From: a phage
Assembly: GCA_032986305.1 (NCBI GenBank)
Contig: GCA_032986305.1_3672.1
Strand: one strand, 5' to 3'
DNA: 64,000 bases
Within the stretch, counting starts at the first letter, position 1, and the number at the start of each line of letters is the position of its first letter. The position numbers and the translations under genes were made by a program. The notes beneath the pieces were generated by a model that was not told the DNA's origin, did not search any database, and saw nothing but the letters and a program-made list of their open reading frames with translations. Shown here piece after piece: positions 29,166-38,529 of the stretch.

Positions 29166-29194
29166 GTTGACACATTACCGCTCTCGTGATAGTA
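29166..29194 (+). promoter_or_regulatory. sigma70-type promoter TTGACA-17-TAGTAT
   Basis: Consensus -35 with 17-bp spacer. Confidence 0.45.
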
Positions 29195-29227
29195 TCCACA
29201 CATAGTTTGTAGAATATGGAATACACA

Positions 29228-29320
29228 ATGAAAACATTGTCCGAAGTTTTGGTAGTGATCCTGATGATCATTACGTCCATAGCAGCTGTTGCCGGAATAC
29301 TCACGGGTGGAACATGATCA
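29228..29320 (+). CDS. small hydrophobic peptide (30 aa)
   Basis: Downstream of promoter; TM-like sequence. Confidence 0.3.
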
Positions 29321-29526
29321 ACACACATGTATCTGAAGAGACATCCAAAGGGGTGACCATCTGTCACTTGGCTGAGCCAGTGCAAGAGGAAAACTTCGAT
29401 TCTGAAGATTCTCCATCTTCGCTACAGGTAGATCCTGAGGCTGATGACCTGACGTGGGAGGACATCGTAGATATCTGGTTCTCTATTATGCCTGAGCACG
29501 AAGAGTTCAGGGGTGGTAGACTATGA
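29314..29526 (+). CDS. small acidic protein
   Basis: ATGA overlap with preceding peptide. Confidence 0.35.
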   Translation: MINTHVSEETSKGVTICHLAEPVQEENFDSEDSPSSLQVDPEADDLTWEDIVDIWFSIMPEHEEFRGGRL

Positions 29527-29565
29527 AGCACCGAGCCCACACAGGTTCCTCATGCTAAAGCATGG

Positions 29566-30754
29566 CCTGAAGAGGCAAACGTGCATAATTCCTGTGCATT
29601 GGAACGTATGAAACCCTGTTCACACTCTCATTTCCAGAGGAGATTTCATGAAGATAGAAATATTTGGTGGAGCTGACAACACTCGTGGCCTGATTTACCT
29701 TGAATTCGATGAATCATACCTGCCAGAGGTGTTAAATATAAACTCTGTTGCTGAGGCTTTGGGAGTAAACCCTAAAGAACTCCACTCTTGTGCTGAGATC
29801 GATGGTTGGGAAGAGACCATGAACATTGATTTCAGTGAAGTAGAGGATGAACCGCTGGACTGACACACAATTAGCTGCCCGGCTAAAGTGCTGGAAGCAC
29901 CTATAACACATCTTTCAACTAAATTTCCCACCACCACAATCACTTACCTCCCACACATGACTGTTTGCTTGTTTAGTGAGCAGTCATGCCTTGACATTCT
30001 TGCCTATCCTGATAAAATTAAGTTCTTCTCTTTTCTTTTACCGAGTAATTCGGGTTTTCTGTTCTCTTCGGTTTGAAGAGGTATGGAGATACACCTGAGT
30101 GAACAGGGTGAACAACCGAACCATTGGCTATGGCATTAGCATGGCGAAGCGGACGGGTGACGAAAGAGGGGCCGGAGGACACCAGTCACTGCCATATGAT
30201 ATACGGGTGATAACCTGAAGAGTCTGAATAAGTGTTTAAGTACCAGTCAGAGGAAAAGGTGAATGGTAGCCGAAGGGGGAGGGGGGTTTCTTGTATCTTT
30301 AATTTGTATATTATGTATACACTTGTAAACCAATCTCATCTGAATCTGTTTACTACACAAAGCTGATAGGGACAAATATTACCTATTAAACTTGAATTAT
30401 TTATAGAAAATACCACAACACAACTTAAGTCTTTGATTTTACACACAAATCCTGCAGATATTCACCCTCCATATTTAACATACTTGTAACATATTCCATA
30501 CTCTACCTACCTGATCAATTTACCCACCAACATCCTCCATATTTTCCCTGTCTGTACCACCCCTGCCCCGCCGGGAGTCCCGTCATATCTGGCTTTCCAG
30601 CAAATATCACACCCACAAATATCATTGCCTGAAGAGGATTTCATCTCATAATACATGCCTTGCCTGAAGAGCGCTTCATACACCACGTAAATTTTTTAAT
30701 TGACCCCCTCCCCGCCGCCGGAGAGGTTGGCTTTTCCCACACAGACCTGAAGAG
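29566..30754. repeat. five dispersed copies of 9-mer CCTGAAGAG
   Basis: Exact copies at 29566, 30214, 30628, 30663, 30746 within non-coding DNA. Confidence 0.6.
29648..29863 (+). CDS. small acidic protein
   Basis: SD GAGGAGA; last plus-strand gene before noncoding region. Confidence 0.4.
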   Translation: MKIEIFGGADNTRGLIYLEFDESYLPEVLNINSVAEALGVNPKELHSCAEIDGWEETMNIDFSEVEDEPLD

Positions 30755-31279
30755 TCAGCCAGAAATATCTGAATGGACCCAATTCTGCCCTGTTATGAGC
30801 CGTAGCTACTGGAGTGCTGCCAGGCGGACGAAATGGGAATACTTCTCATTCTTATAACAATTCTCAAATATCAAGGCAGTGAGTCAAATTAATAGGCGAG
30901 GCCGTTCACACAGTGGCACAACATTTGCAACCTATCTTGTGGGGGTGAATGAGAATACCTATCATTGTGAGAATAGTTATCATTACGGGCAATTTAACAT
31001 AATACCCATTATGCGCACCACTGGCGATACATACAGGGATTGATAACATGAGTTACTGTTTACGCATATAACAATTATATTTCTTACTATTTGTGTGGGA
31101 TATAGTTAGCAGCCAATAGATTAGATATTGACCTGTAGACTTCCAACCGTCTAGACGTCTAAACGCCCACACAGCAAGGGTTATACATACACTTCTGAAT
31201 GTAAACAGGGCCGCAAAAATGCTACCATACCAGTTTGTAAATTTTTCATGCAGCACTTGACAAAGAGGAGAAAAACTTG

Positions 31280-31440
31280 TCTGACACTTTAGACACAATA
31301 GTGACATACTATGACACCTTTGACACTTTTGCATACCTGATTGTTTGCATGTCTAATAGTTTACATGGATAACTGTTCACATACTTATCATTTACATGAT
31401 TGACTGTTTACACAAATATGATAAGCCATGACATTCGTTT
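31280..31440. repeat. iteron-like direct repeat arrays (TGACAC(T)TT x3; GTTTRCAY x7 at about 16-bp period)
   Basis: Read directly: tttgcat, gtttgcat, gtttacat, gttcacat, atttacat, gtttacac, gtttgcat in series. Confidence 0.55.
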
Positions 31441-31500
31441 GCATGAAAACAATTAACAAGATAACAATTGACAAGCTAACAGCCAACAAGCTGACAATTA
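31441..31500. repeat. four tandem 15-bp repeats (consensus NTAACAATTRACAAG)
   Basis: aaaacaattaacaag / ataacaattgacaag / ctaacagccaacaag / ctgacaattaacagg. Confidence 0.55.
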
Positions 31501-31517
31501 ACAGGTTAATAATATAT

Positions 31518-31687
31518 GACATAATATAAAAGCAGGGCAACTATTAGCAGATCTATAGTTGCCTTGCTTGTTATGTCATGATTAACTAAATACAAGGCAA
31601 CTATGATCTGATTAATAGTTTGCAGACAAACTATCACGGGGGTGATTGTTACTGCTTTTATATTATGTCGCGACTCCGTCGCGACAT
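31518..31687. repeat. nested inverted repeats (18-bp IR GACATAATATAAAAGCAG, inner palindromes, GTCGCGAC x2)
   Basis: 18-bp perfect inverted repeat at 31518-31535 and 31654-31671; GGCAACTAT-n-ATAGTTGCC; ATAGTTTG-caga-CAAACTAT. Confidence 0.55.
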
Positions 31688-32307
31688 GTCATTCGTTTGC
31701 ATAGTTGCCTTATTGTTACGGATAAAATAATTGTATTGTTAATTATTTCTTATCTTTCTCTTAGTCATCTAATGATTCCAGTCAGTATAGTAATGTACAG
31801 TAAACATTAGACGACTAAATATTTCTCTGATTATAGTAACCTATCGTGACAATTTCGGACTGTTTACGAAAAATGTTGACACCTGGGCAGGTTTATGTTA
31901 TGCAGTTTGTACGAATAATTATTTTATACAGGTATTGACTATTCCGTTATTCTGTGGTTGGAATAAATACTTTGCAGGCTATAGAATGATGTTCGTACGT
32001 GAATTCTGAGATCTGTCGGCTATAGTTACACCCGATTTTTCACGTAGGACACGCTTTTTGGTTTGTGTAAGTGTATGACTTATAAGGGTTTTTAATTGTT
32101 GACAGTATGCTGAAAATGTGCATCAGGTTAAATTTTGTGCAATAGCTGCATTACGTGCGTTTTTGGAAGGAAAAACGTGTAAAAATGACCCTGCTACCAC
32201 AAGATGAAAGATTATGCAATAGTTATTTTATATGTATATTTGTACAGTGTGCGGGATTAATGGCTCGTCAATTATTCCACTTGCCAGGTAGGGCCGTTTA
32301 TGGTAGG

Positions 32308-32344
32308 AAAAGAGCAAACAAAAAGAAAGGGGCCTAAGCCCCTT
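32308..32344 (-). terminator. rho-independent terminator (minus strand; potentially bidirectional)
   Basis: AAGGGGC-ctaa-GCCCCTT with U-run on minus strand, immediately downstream of minus gene stop at 32356. Confidence 0.55.
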
Positions 32345-32355
32345 GATAATGTTTA

Positions 32356-32703
32356 TTATTTGTTTCTCATCCAGCTTTCCCAAGCTGCCTGATAATCTGC
32401 CTCACTGCGGCGGATCTCTTCTTGCTCTTCAAGCCGGATCTCTTCTTCCAGGTACCCCAGGATATCAGCCTTTTTGGTCTGGCGTAACATCCAATCATCT
32501 TTTTTACGAGTAAAGATCTTGTACGCTTTCTCGCAAACCTCCTTTTTACTACCTTTTTGGACTTCAATAACTTTGTAGGCCATGTACTGAACTAGTTTGA
32601 GCTGATCAAGGCGTTTCATGATGTTTTCCTCTTTATGGGGTTCTGGTTTGGTGGGCCTTTTGGCCCGTGTCATTATCTTATTACTTACGGCGGCAAAATT
32701 CAA
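32356..32703 (-). CDS. hypothetical protein
   Basis: 115-aa ORF followed by terminator. Confidence 0.45.
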   Translation of the reverse strand: MNFAAVSNKIMTRAKRPTKPEPHKEENIMKRLDQLKLVQYMAYKVIEVQKGSKKEVCEKAYKIFTRKKDDWMLRQTKKADILGYLEEEIRLEEQEEIRRSEADYQAAWESWMRNK

Positions 32704-32953
32704 GTGTTTTTAATTGATAATCTTCTTCAGCCTGAAGTACAACCGCTTCAATCATTTCGTTGGCATTGTTGAAGCCATACCCTTGAGCGAACTCATCCGC
32801 GCCACCTTTGTGATCATGTTCTGCGTTCATCGCTTCCACAAAATGGAATTCAAGATTATTGAGGTAAGGGCTTGATGTTCCGTCCTCTTTTTCGATGAGA
32901 TCCCAGATAGCATTAAAACGTGATTCAACTTTTTGATTAATCCAGCTTGACAT
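32681..32953 (-). CDS. hypothetical acidic protein
   Basis: Own promoter (TTGACA-17-TAACAT at 33008-33036) and 5' UTR hairpin. Confidence 0.45.
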   Translation of the reverse strand: MSSWINQKVESRFNAIWDLIEKEDGTSSPYLNNLEFHFVEAMNAEHDHKGGADEFAQGYGFNNANEMIEAVVLQAEEDYQLKTLEFCRRK

Positions 32954-33062
32954 AATGTTTTCCTCTCTTCTGGTTGTTGTGTGGGCACTTTTGCCCCTTC
33001 AAGATAAATGTTACCTAACCACCTGGCAGATGTCAACTGTTTTTATAGTTTTTATATAACGG

Positions 33063-33100
33063 GCACCCCCGGTGATTGTCTCCCCCCCGTCGCCAGGTGC
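33063..33100 (-). repeat. conserved GC-rich element (GGGAGACAATCACCGGG-GTGCCCGTTAT), copy 3
   Basis: Reverse-complement match to elements at 41484-41520 and 41625-41660; here just upstream of a minus-strand promoter. Confidence 0.5.
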
Positions 33101-33156
33101 CACCCGTGAGATAAGTATAACAAAAAACAGGACCATTGCAAGCCCTGTTTATTATC

Positions 33157-33291
33157 TTAAAACCAGTTGCCAACCGTTTCCAATAGATCACTGACTATCA
33201 GGACAATACTGATCAGCACATACCTAACCATAAAGGGAAAGATCGCCAACATTGCCGCCACGATCCCTATGGTGATAATTATCTTTCTCAT
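33157..33291 (-). CDS. small membrane peptide (44 aa)
   Basis: Hydrophobic; followed by hairpin plus U-run terminator (33117-33150). Confidence 0.3.
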   Translation of the reverse strand: MRKIIITIGIVAAMLAIFPFMVRYVLISIVLIVSDLLETVGNWF

Positions 33292-33381
33292 GTTTTTGTA
33301 TTCTCTTTCTGTTGCGTTCAAGGCGGTCACCGCCGCCTGCTTATGCTTTGTTAGTTAATGGGGCGTACGGTATAGATTAAA

Positions 33382-33597
33382 CTATGCTGTACGCTCAACT
33401 ATAACAACGGCTTGAGGGATCTCACCTTCCACCACTATCAAGGCTTTTTTCTGCGTGATAGATATCTTTACCCGCTTCAGCGTGGCGGTAAAATCTTTCA
33501 TTTCGTCACGTGGTGTTTTAGTGCAATACCAGATCTCAGGCTTACCTATTTGCAAGCCGCGTAAAAATTCCGTTTTGCCTGTTTTGTTCGTGATCAT
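33382..33597 (-). CDS. hypothetical protein
   Basis: SD GGTG before ATG 33597. Confidence 0.4.
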   Translation of the reverse strand: MITNKTGKTEFLRGLQIGKPEIWYCTKTPRDEMKDFTATLKRVKISITQKKALIVVEGEIPQAVVIVERTA

Positions 33598-33607
33598 TTG
33601 TTTCACC

Positions 33608-33712
33608 TTACCCGATACCGTGGGGAGATAGGATCATGTTAGCCATAGTTGCAACCACTCCAACCGATAATGCCATGCCAACTACTACAACCGTGAAAAT
33701 TTTTTCTAACAT
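33608..33712 (-). CDS. small membrane peptide (34 aa)
   Basis: SD GAGGGTGG; hydrophobic. Confidence 0.3.
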   Translation of the reverse strand: MLEKIFTVVVVGMALSVGVVATMANMILSPHGIG

Positions 33713-33784
33713 GATTCCACCCTCATTAATGGGCGTTGCCTTATTGCCCCGCCCTATGTCGTACACTTTTCTTCTGATCCTCTG

Positions 33785-34048
33785 TTAGCATACGATAGCG
33801 ATCACGCCGCCACAAATAAAAGGTAAATCAAAACGGTCTACCTTGCAAGCTATTTTTAAACGAAAGGCAACATAAAAGAAAAGTTGCAAACAATCGATCA
33901 TTGTGTTAGCTGTTGAAACACTGCCAGCATTAAACACCACCCCGCCCACGGCGTTAAACGTTGCGTTACTCACGAAAGCGAAAAGGCAAGCGATCACGGT
34001 GGCGATCATGATGTTGCGTTTTGTCAATCTGTAAATGATGTTTTTCAT
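33785..34048 (-). CDS. small membrane protein
   Basis: Two predicted TM segments. Confidence 0.4.
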   Translation of the reverse strand: MKNIIYRLTKRNIMIATVIACLFAFVSNATFNAVGGVVFNAGSVSTANTMIDCLQLFFYVAFRLKIACKVDRFDLPFICGGVIAIVC

Positions 34049-34118
34049 TCTGTCATGTTGGCGGCATCGCTGCCGCCTTATGTATTATGCTTTGTAAGAT
34101 GGCTGTTGTCAAACTATT

Positions 34119-34298
34119 TTAACGATAATCATCGTACGCTTTATTAACCTGGCGGATATAACATTCAAAAGCCAGATCAATGGATTTATATTCACGGGTA
34201 TATTCACCATAGGAAACTACATACATTTCTATAGCTTCCTCATATGCGAGGAGAATAGAATCCAAGCCTACGATCTCAGTCTTTGCAATAATAGCCAT
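34119..34298 (-). CDS. hypothetical protein (59 aa)
   Basis: SD GAGGATAAAA; own promoter TTGACA-16-TAATAT and 5' UTR hairpin GGGGC-aacaa-GCCCC. Confidence 0.35.
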   Translation of the reverse strand: MAIIAKTEIVGLDSILLAYEEAIEMYVVSYGEYTREYKSIDLAFECYIRQVNKAYDDYR

Positions 34299-34373
34299 GA
34301 TTTTTTATCCTCTTTGTGGTTGGTGGGGCTTGTTGCCCCCTTGATTTATATATTACAGTCTTATATGGTCATG

Positions 34374-34607
34374 TCAACTATTTTCAAAAAATTTTTCTGC
34401 TGTGATATTCTTCCCGGTAGGGTTCGCTACTTTCAAAATTTTATCATGCACTGGACGCCCAAAAGAATAAGCGCCGTACACAGTAAACCAATAATCGCCG
34501 TCAGGTTGTACTATTACTGCCGCATATGGTACGCCTTTTTCGTTTTTGCTGACAGAATAGATCACGTTGCCATTAATAGCCTCGGCGCGTTTAATTTGTT
34601 CCATCAT
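34374..34607 (-). CDS. hypothetical protein
   Basis: 77-aa ORF. Confidence 0.4.
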   Translation of the reverse strand: MMEQIKRAEAINGNVIYSVSKNEKGVPYAAVIVQPDGDYWFTVYGAYSFGRPVHDKILKVANPTGKNITAEKFFENS

Positions 34608-34662
34608 GATGATTTGCCTCTCTTTATTTTCATAATTGGGGGCCTTTTCGGCCCCGCCAGGT

Positions 34663-34947
34663 TTATTTATTGATAGCGTGCAGCGGGAAAGGTACGCCAG
34701 GTTGATAGATAACTTTTACAACCTCATCAGGGCAAAAGAAGTTGCAGAACTCACCGCAATAGGCCTCATCCTCTTTCAACTCTTCATCAACATACTCAAA
34801 AAAGTAGTCGATGCTTGGATAATCTTGCCCTGGGTTATAGTCAACCATTGTCAGGACTAGTTCAAGATCGTTGCGTAGGATATGCATACCCGCTTTTAAG
34901 TATTTTGCTTCCATTTCTACTACATCGCCAACGGTAACAATAGCCAT
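34663..34947 (-). CDS. hypothetical acidic protein
   Basis: SD GGAG; 94 aa. Confidence 0.45.
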   Translation of the reverse strand: MAIVTVGDVVEMEAKYLKAGMHILRNDLELVLTMVDYNPGQDYPSIDYFFEYVDEELKEDEAYCGEFCNFFCPDEVVKVIYQPGVPFPLHAINK

Positions 34948-35172
34948 GATTTTAACTCCTATCTATCCGGTTAATGATTGGGGGCCGCCCCCCTGACACG
35001 TCCTATTATCCATATTGTAGGGCTTGATGCAAGTACTTCTTTAAAAATTTTTTAAGCGCCTTGGGGGCCGCTGTAGCGCCAAAATAATAAAGGCCATGCA
35101 ACCGCATAGCCTTTATGTGATTATATCGCTGCAGGCCCTGCCATGGGCCTTATTTTGCATCATTTGCTGGAA

Positions 35173-35493
35173 TTATTCAGAGAAAACATCGTTCACAATA
35201 GCGATCACAATGCCGCCCACCTTGTCACGGTCAACAATGCACAAATCACCATAGATCATGTGGTAGTCTGGATGATCTTTCACGGAATAGTCAATGAGTG
35301 TTTTCTTATCGTCCAGCTTCGTAACTTCCATTCTCATAACGATATGAGAATCATCAAAGGCATTATTGCGAAAAGTCATAGCCTGACCGCCAGGGCACCC
35401 GGTGATCTCCACTTCCACACCGTCTACGATCTGACCATCAAAGAAATAAAGATTATTGGCGGGTATAAACATGATCATTACTCCTTTTTGCAC
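35173..35493 (-). CDS. hypothetical protein
   Basis: SD AAAGGAG; preceded by palindromic element. Confidence 0.45.
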   Translation of the reverse strand: MQKGVMIMFIPANNLYFFDGQIVDGVEVEITGCPGGQAMTFRNNAFDDSHIVMRMEVTKLDDKKTLIDYSVKDHPDYHMIYGDLCIVDRDKVGGIVIAIVNDVFSE

Positions 35494-35514
35494 TGATTAT
35501 TTTAACAGGGTTTA

Positions 35515-35567
35515 AATTTACTTTATTGATGGCCTTGGAGTCAAGGCCATCTAAAAATAAATTTTAC
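35515..35567. repeat. about 50-bp repeated intergenic element with 24-bp perfect palindrome GATGGCCTTGGAGTCAAGGCCATC (copy 1)
   Basis: Near-identical copies at 39235-39287 and 39827-39876. Confidence 0.6.
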
Positions 35568-35764
35568 AGGCCTACAATCTCTTTGATTCGTTTTACTGCT
35601 GCCTCAGCGCCTTGAGGGTAGAAATTATGATAACCAATCACGCGGGTAATACTGATCGCCGCTTGGTGGTCCTCGTAGTCGCCTTTGAATATTTCTTGAC
35701 CATCAACCAGCACAGCAATTTTTTCTTCTTTTTTGAAGTTAATAACGCGGATATTGTTGCTCAT
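35564..35764 (-). CDS. hypothetical protein
   Basis: SD AAAGGAGAAA. Confidence 0.4.
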   Translation of the reverse strand: MSNNIRVINFKKEEKIAVLVDGQEIFKGDYEDHQAAISITRVIGYHNFYPQGAEAAVKRIKEIVGL

Positions 35765-35859
35765 TTTGTTTCTCCTTTGGAACTTTGTCTGTGTGGTGGG
35801 GAGTGTCTCCCCGTTGATTGTTATTATCCATATTCAGGACCGGATTGCAACACCCCGGA

Positions 35860-35905
35860 AGAAAAATTTTTTTGAAAAAAGTTAGGCCCCCAGGGATCGG
35901 GGGCC
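35860..35905 (-). terminator. rho-independent terminator (minus strand)
   Basis: GGCCCCC-agggatc-GGGGGCC; U-rich on minus strand. Confidence 0.5.
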
Positions 35906-35909
35906 GTTA

Positions 35910-36029
35910 TCAGGTGCGTACAGCGATAAAATACATCCCTACGCCTAACAATATTTCAAGGGCGATAATCTCCAGCCATACCATAACACGGCGCGCCTTA
36001 TCGGTGCGGGGCTTATCCTTGGGTGTCAT
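35910..36029 (-). CDS. small membrane peptide (39 aa)
   Basis: Hydrophobic C-terminal half; followed by terminator. Confidence 0.3.
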   Translation of the reverse strand: MTPKDKPRTDKARRVMVWLEIIALEILLGVGMYFIAVRT

Positions 36030-36049
36030 CGTCTCCCCCTTTCCTCCTG

Positions 36050-36271
36050 TTAGTAGTGACGTGGTTTACAATGGTCCCCAGGAGTACTATCGCCACGCAC
36101 ATTACGAGAAAAATTATTTCTTCCGTTGTTCGGTCCATTGTTATAAAACCTCTCAAGATCAGGTCTAAAAGTAAATCTTTCGTTATTGAATCCGTCACGC
36201 CAGGCGGCTGGCTTCAAATCTTCACTAAATGGATTAATTAACGTGGCATTATTTAAACGGTTGGCCCACAT
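36050..36271 (-). CDS. hypothetical Asn-rich protein
   Basis: SD GAGAGG before ATG 36271. Confidence 0.3.
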   Translation of the reverse strand: MWANRLNNATLINPFSEDLKPAAWRDGFNNERFTFRPDLERFYNNGPNNGRNNFSRNVRGDSTPGDHCKPRHY

Positions 36272-36620
36272 ATTTTCTATTCCTCTCAAATAGGCGATCC
36301 GCCTCAGTTAAACATATCTCATGGGCGTGATCTCTGGTTTTAGCTTCATCGAAAACCTGTTGTGCAAGGCTGCAACGTAGGGAGACTGGAAGATCACTAT
36401 AATAGGCGTTGACAAACGTTTGAGCGTCGTACAGGTCTGAAAATACTTTACCCTTTCTATTATTTCCCTTGTCAACAATTGCAAGGATAACCAATACAAT
36501 AGTTGCAACCACCCCCAGGAAAATAGATATAATAAACCATAAAAAGGCGGATCTCCCCATCTTGCCAGCGATCCAGGCGTTAAACAAGGCAACCAATATA
36601 GCCAAAATAATAAATTCCAT
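36249..36620 (-). CDS. membrane protein
   Basis: SD AAGAGG before ATG 36620; two TM helices. Confidence 0.4.
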   Translation of the reverse strand: MEFIILAILVALFNAWIAGKMGRSAFLWFIISIFLGVVATIVLVILAIVDKGNNRKGKVFSDLYDAQTFVNAYYSDLPVSLRCSLAQQVFDEAKTRDHAHEICLTEADRLFERNRKYVGQPFK

Positions 36621-36684
36621 TCTATGTACCTCTTTTACAGTTCTGATTAACAATAAGGCGGCAAATATGCCGCCTGTTACCTGA

Positions 36685-37065
36685 TTAAAAATTATCGCCG
36701 TAAATCTTTCCGCTTTCTACCCATACCACCACGCGAGGCATACTATCCCACACGTCTTGTTTTAGATTGAGCGCGTGCAATTCTTCGGTGGTGCTCATAC
36801 CGGGCACGGGCTGATTGTATACTGCAAAACGACCGCCTGCATAATCATAGGCCAGGGTTAAATCACACTGGATCATCTTTTTGATCATGGCATTAAGCAT
36901 GGCGTTAGCCGCATATTGATCACGTTTTAAAGGCAACTCTTTGATTAGTTTGCGATAGTTTTCGATATGGTCGCACACTGTTTCACGAGGAAGATCTTTC
37001 ATATCCTCGCGAAAGGTAACCAGGTTAAACATAACGGTGTCAATGGCCTTGGTAGTGTTTTTCAT
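36685..37065 (-). CDS. hypothetical protein
   Basis: SD GAGAGGA before ATG 37065. Confidence 0.45.
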   Translation of the reverse strand: MKNTTKAIDTVMFNLVTFREDMKDLPRETVCDHIENYRKLIKELPLKRDQYAANAMLNAMIKKMIQCDLTLAYDYAGGRFAVYNQPVPGMSTTEELHALNLKQDVWDSMPRVVVWVESGKIYGDNF

Positions 37066-37154
37066 AATGTTATCCTCTCTGTTTTGTGTTGGGCAAGTCA
37101 TCTCGCCCCTTGAGTTTTAATATAGCAGGTTTTTAGATTATTGCAACACTTTAT

Positions 37155-37778
37155 TTATGAAAAACTCATCTCCCCATATTCATCCACATCAAACCGCCAA
37201 TCATTGGCTTCAATAAGGCCGATCAGGTTTTCGGTAGTAAACTGTTCAAGATAGGCCCCCTCCAGGTCTACGTAAACCTTGCGGGATAGCTCCCGTACCG
37301 TCTCGGTGATCAGCTCTTCCAGCTCTTCAACTTTATCCTCTTGCTTGGTGGTCAGGTCTAGCCAATTAGTATCGATGCACCCTCCTATTGTGTTTTCGTG
37401 GTGATAATGGCTAAACGGGATACGTTCAACACTAGCTGATAACTCGCCATCGTGCATTGTGCCGAACAAGTGACGAATTGATCGGAACTTGGTCAGGGCC
37501 TTGACTTTACGCAAGAATTTTTCTAAATCCACGTTTTCAGCACTGATTGACGCGCCATCGCCTTGACACCAAAAGCCGGACCAACGTACTTCGGTATCTT
37601 CAAGGCCGTACTCTGGAAAGACATATTCTTTATAGTGTTCAATTACGCTTTCTGCAAAAAAATTATCCCCGCTGTGTTCTTCTCTTTCGCGTACCATTTC
37701 AATGGCTTTTTCTTTTTGTTCGTCGGTCAGCACATCGAAAGATAAATTGTAACCTGTGGTAATGTTAACGGTGGTCAT
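37155..37778 (-). CDS. hypothetical acidic protein
   Basis: 207 aa, strongly acidic; SD AGGAGAAAAT. Confidence 0.45.
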   Translation of the reverse strand: MTTVNITTGYNLSFDVLTDEQKEKAIEMVREREEHSGDNFFAESVIEHYKEYVFPEYGLEDTEVRWSGFWCQGDGASISAENVDLEKFLRKVKALTKFRSIRHLFGTMHDGELSASVERIPFSHYHHENTIGGCIDTNWLDLTTKQEDKVEELEELITETVRELSRKVYVDLEGAYLEQFTTENLIGLIEANDWRFDVDEYGEMSFS

Positions 37779-37799
37779 GATATTTTCTCCTGTTTTCTT

Positions 37800-37864
37800 T
37801 GTTAGTGGCGGGAAGTTTTCCCGCCTGTGTGTTTAATTATACTTATTGAGATTTACTTGTCAAC
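37800..37864 (-). promoter_or_regulatory. promoter (TTGACA-16-TATAAT) plus 5' UTR hairpin GGCGGGAA/TTCCCGCC cassette
   Basis: Minus-strand consensus hexamers at 37858-37863 and 37836-37841; palindrome 37807-37825. Confidence 0.55.
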
Positions 37865-38113
37865 ACTATTTTTTAAATTATTGTGGCGCAAAATGTTTAA
37901 AATCTCTTCAACGTCATCAACACGGCGGCAATTTTTAAACGCTACCAATTGCCCCATGATTTTAATCACTGGGCGGCCTTGCCAGTGCCCTTGGAGAAAG
38001 CGCGCCTTGACTTTATCGGTGGAACTATCACGCCACCAAATAGCCTTGTTGTTGCAGTAGTAAAAATTATTCAGGATAACATCAACTTTATCAAAATTTT
38101 TTAATTTACGCAT
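37853..38113 (-). CDS. hypothetical protein
   Basis: SD AAGGAG. Confidence 0.45.
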   Translation of the reverse strand: MRKLKNFDKVDVILNNFYYCNNKAIWWRDSSTDKVKARFLQGHWQGRPVIKIMGQLVAFKNCRRVDDVEEILNILRHNNLKNSVDK

Positions 38114-38292
38114 GGCGTTTACTCCTTCCTCTCTTTGATGTGGTTAGTATAGCTAACCTGTTGACGATGTCAATGATATTTTTAACGCCATAAAACGGCC
38201 CTGGGCGATGTTTTCAGGTTAAAGGGGGCGATTGCATAGGTGGGGGCCTTTTTGGCGCTTACAGGGCCAACCAGGGGCGCTATTCGTATGAT

Positions 38293-38323
38293 AGAAATAA
38301 AAAGCCCCGCACAATGGCGGGGC
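38293..38323 (-). terminator. rho-independent terminator (minus strand)
   Basis: GCCCCGC-acaatg-GCGGGGC then U-run on minus strand. Confidence 0.55.
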
Positions 38324-38331
38324 GTTGGTTG

Positions 38332-38529
38332 TTATTTGTCTTTATGGCGGTATCGTTCTGCCTGTCGTTCACGTTCCAAAAGTAGGCCGGGCAATTTACG
38401 ATCATAATGATTACGCCAGATCTTCCCAAACCTTTTTGGCTTATTCAGTTTATTGTTACGCTGGCGGCGTTCTGGCAGCTCTTCGGAATCATGAGGGCGC
38501 TTTACAATTTTCTCGAAATTAATTTTCAT
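38332..38529 (-). CDS. small basic protein
   Basis: Arg/Lys-rich 65 aa; terminator immediately downstream. Confidence 0.4.
   Translation of the reverse strand: MKINFEKIVKRPHDSEELPERRQRNNKLNKPKRFGKIWRNHYDRKLPGLLLERERQAERYRHKDK

Noticed and set aside
29044-29385. Minus-strand 113-aa ORF
   Set aside because: Lies in the plus-strand block, no SD; overlaps a plus-strand consensus promoter and the small plus-strand ORFs it drives
29566-30754. CCTGAAGAG repeats as hammerhead ribozyme cores (CUGANGA)
   Set aside because: No accompanying GAAA/stem II/stem III arrangement or cleavage-site context found by eye around any copy
31053-31334. Minus-strand 93-aa ORF inside the non-coding repeat region
   Set aside because: Cys-rich low-complexity translation caused by repeat DNA, no SD, overlaps iteron arrays
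29864-32355. tRNA genes in the long non-coding regions
   Set aside because: No cloverleaf signatures (GTTCRANYC T-loop with matching acceptor stems) found on either strand by manual scan; a dedicated tRNA scan was not run
33167-33358. Plus-strand 63-aa ORF
   Set aside because: TTG start without SD; antisense to a minus-strand peptide ORF that is followed by a terminator hairpin; surrounding genes all minus-strand
36013-36198. Alternative minus-strand ORF (61 aa) overlapping 36050-36271
   Set aside because: No SD and poorer fit to the tight head-to-tail gene packing than the alternative frame; kept the 36050-36271 frame with low confidence
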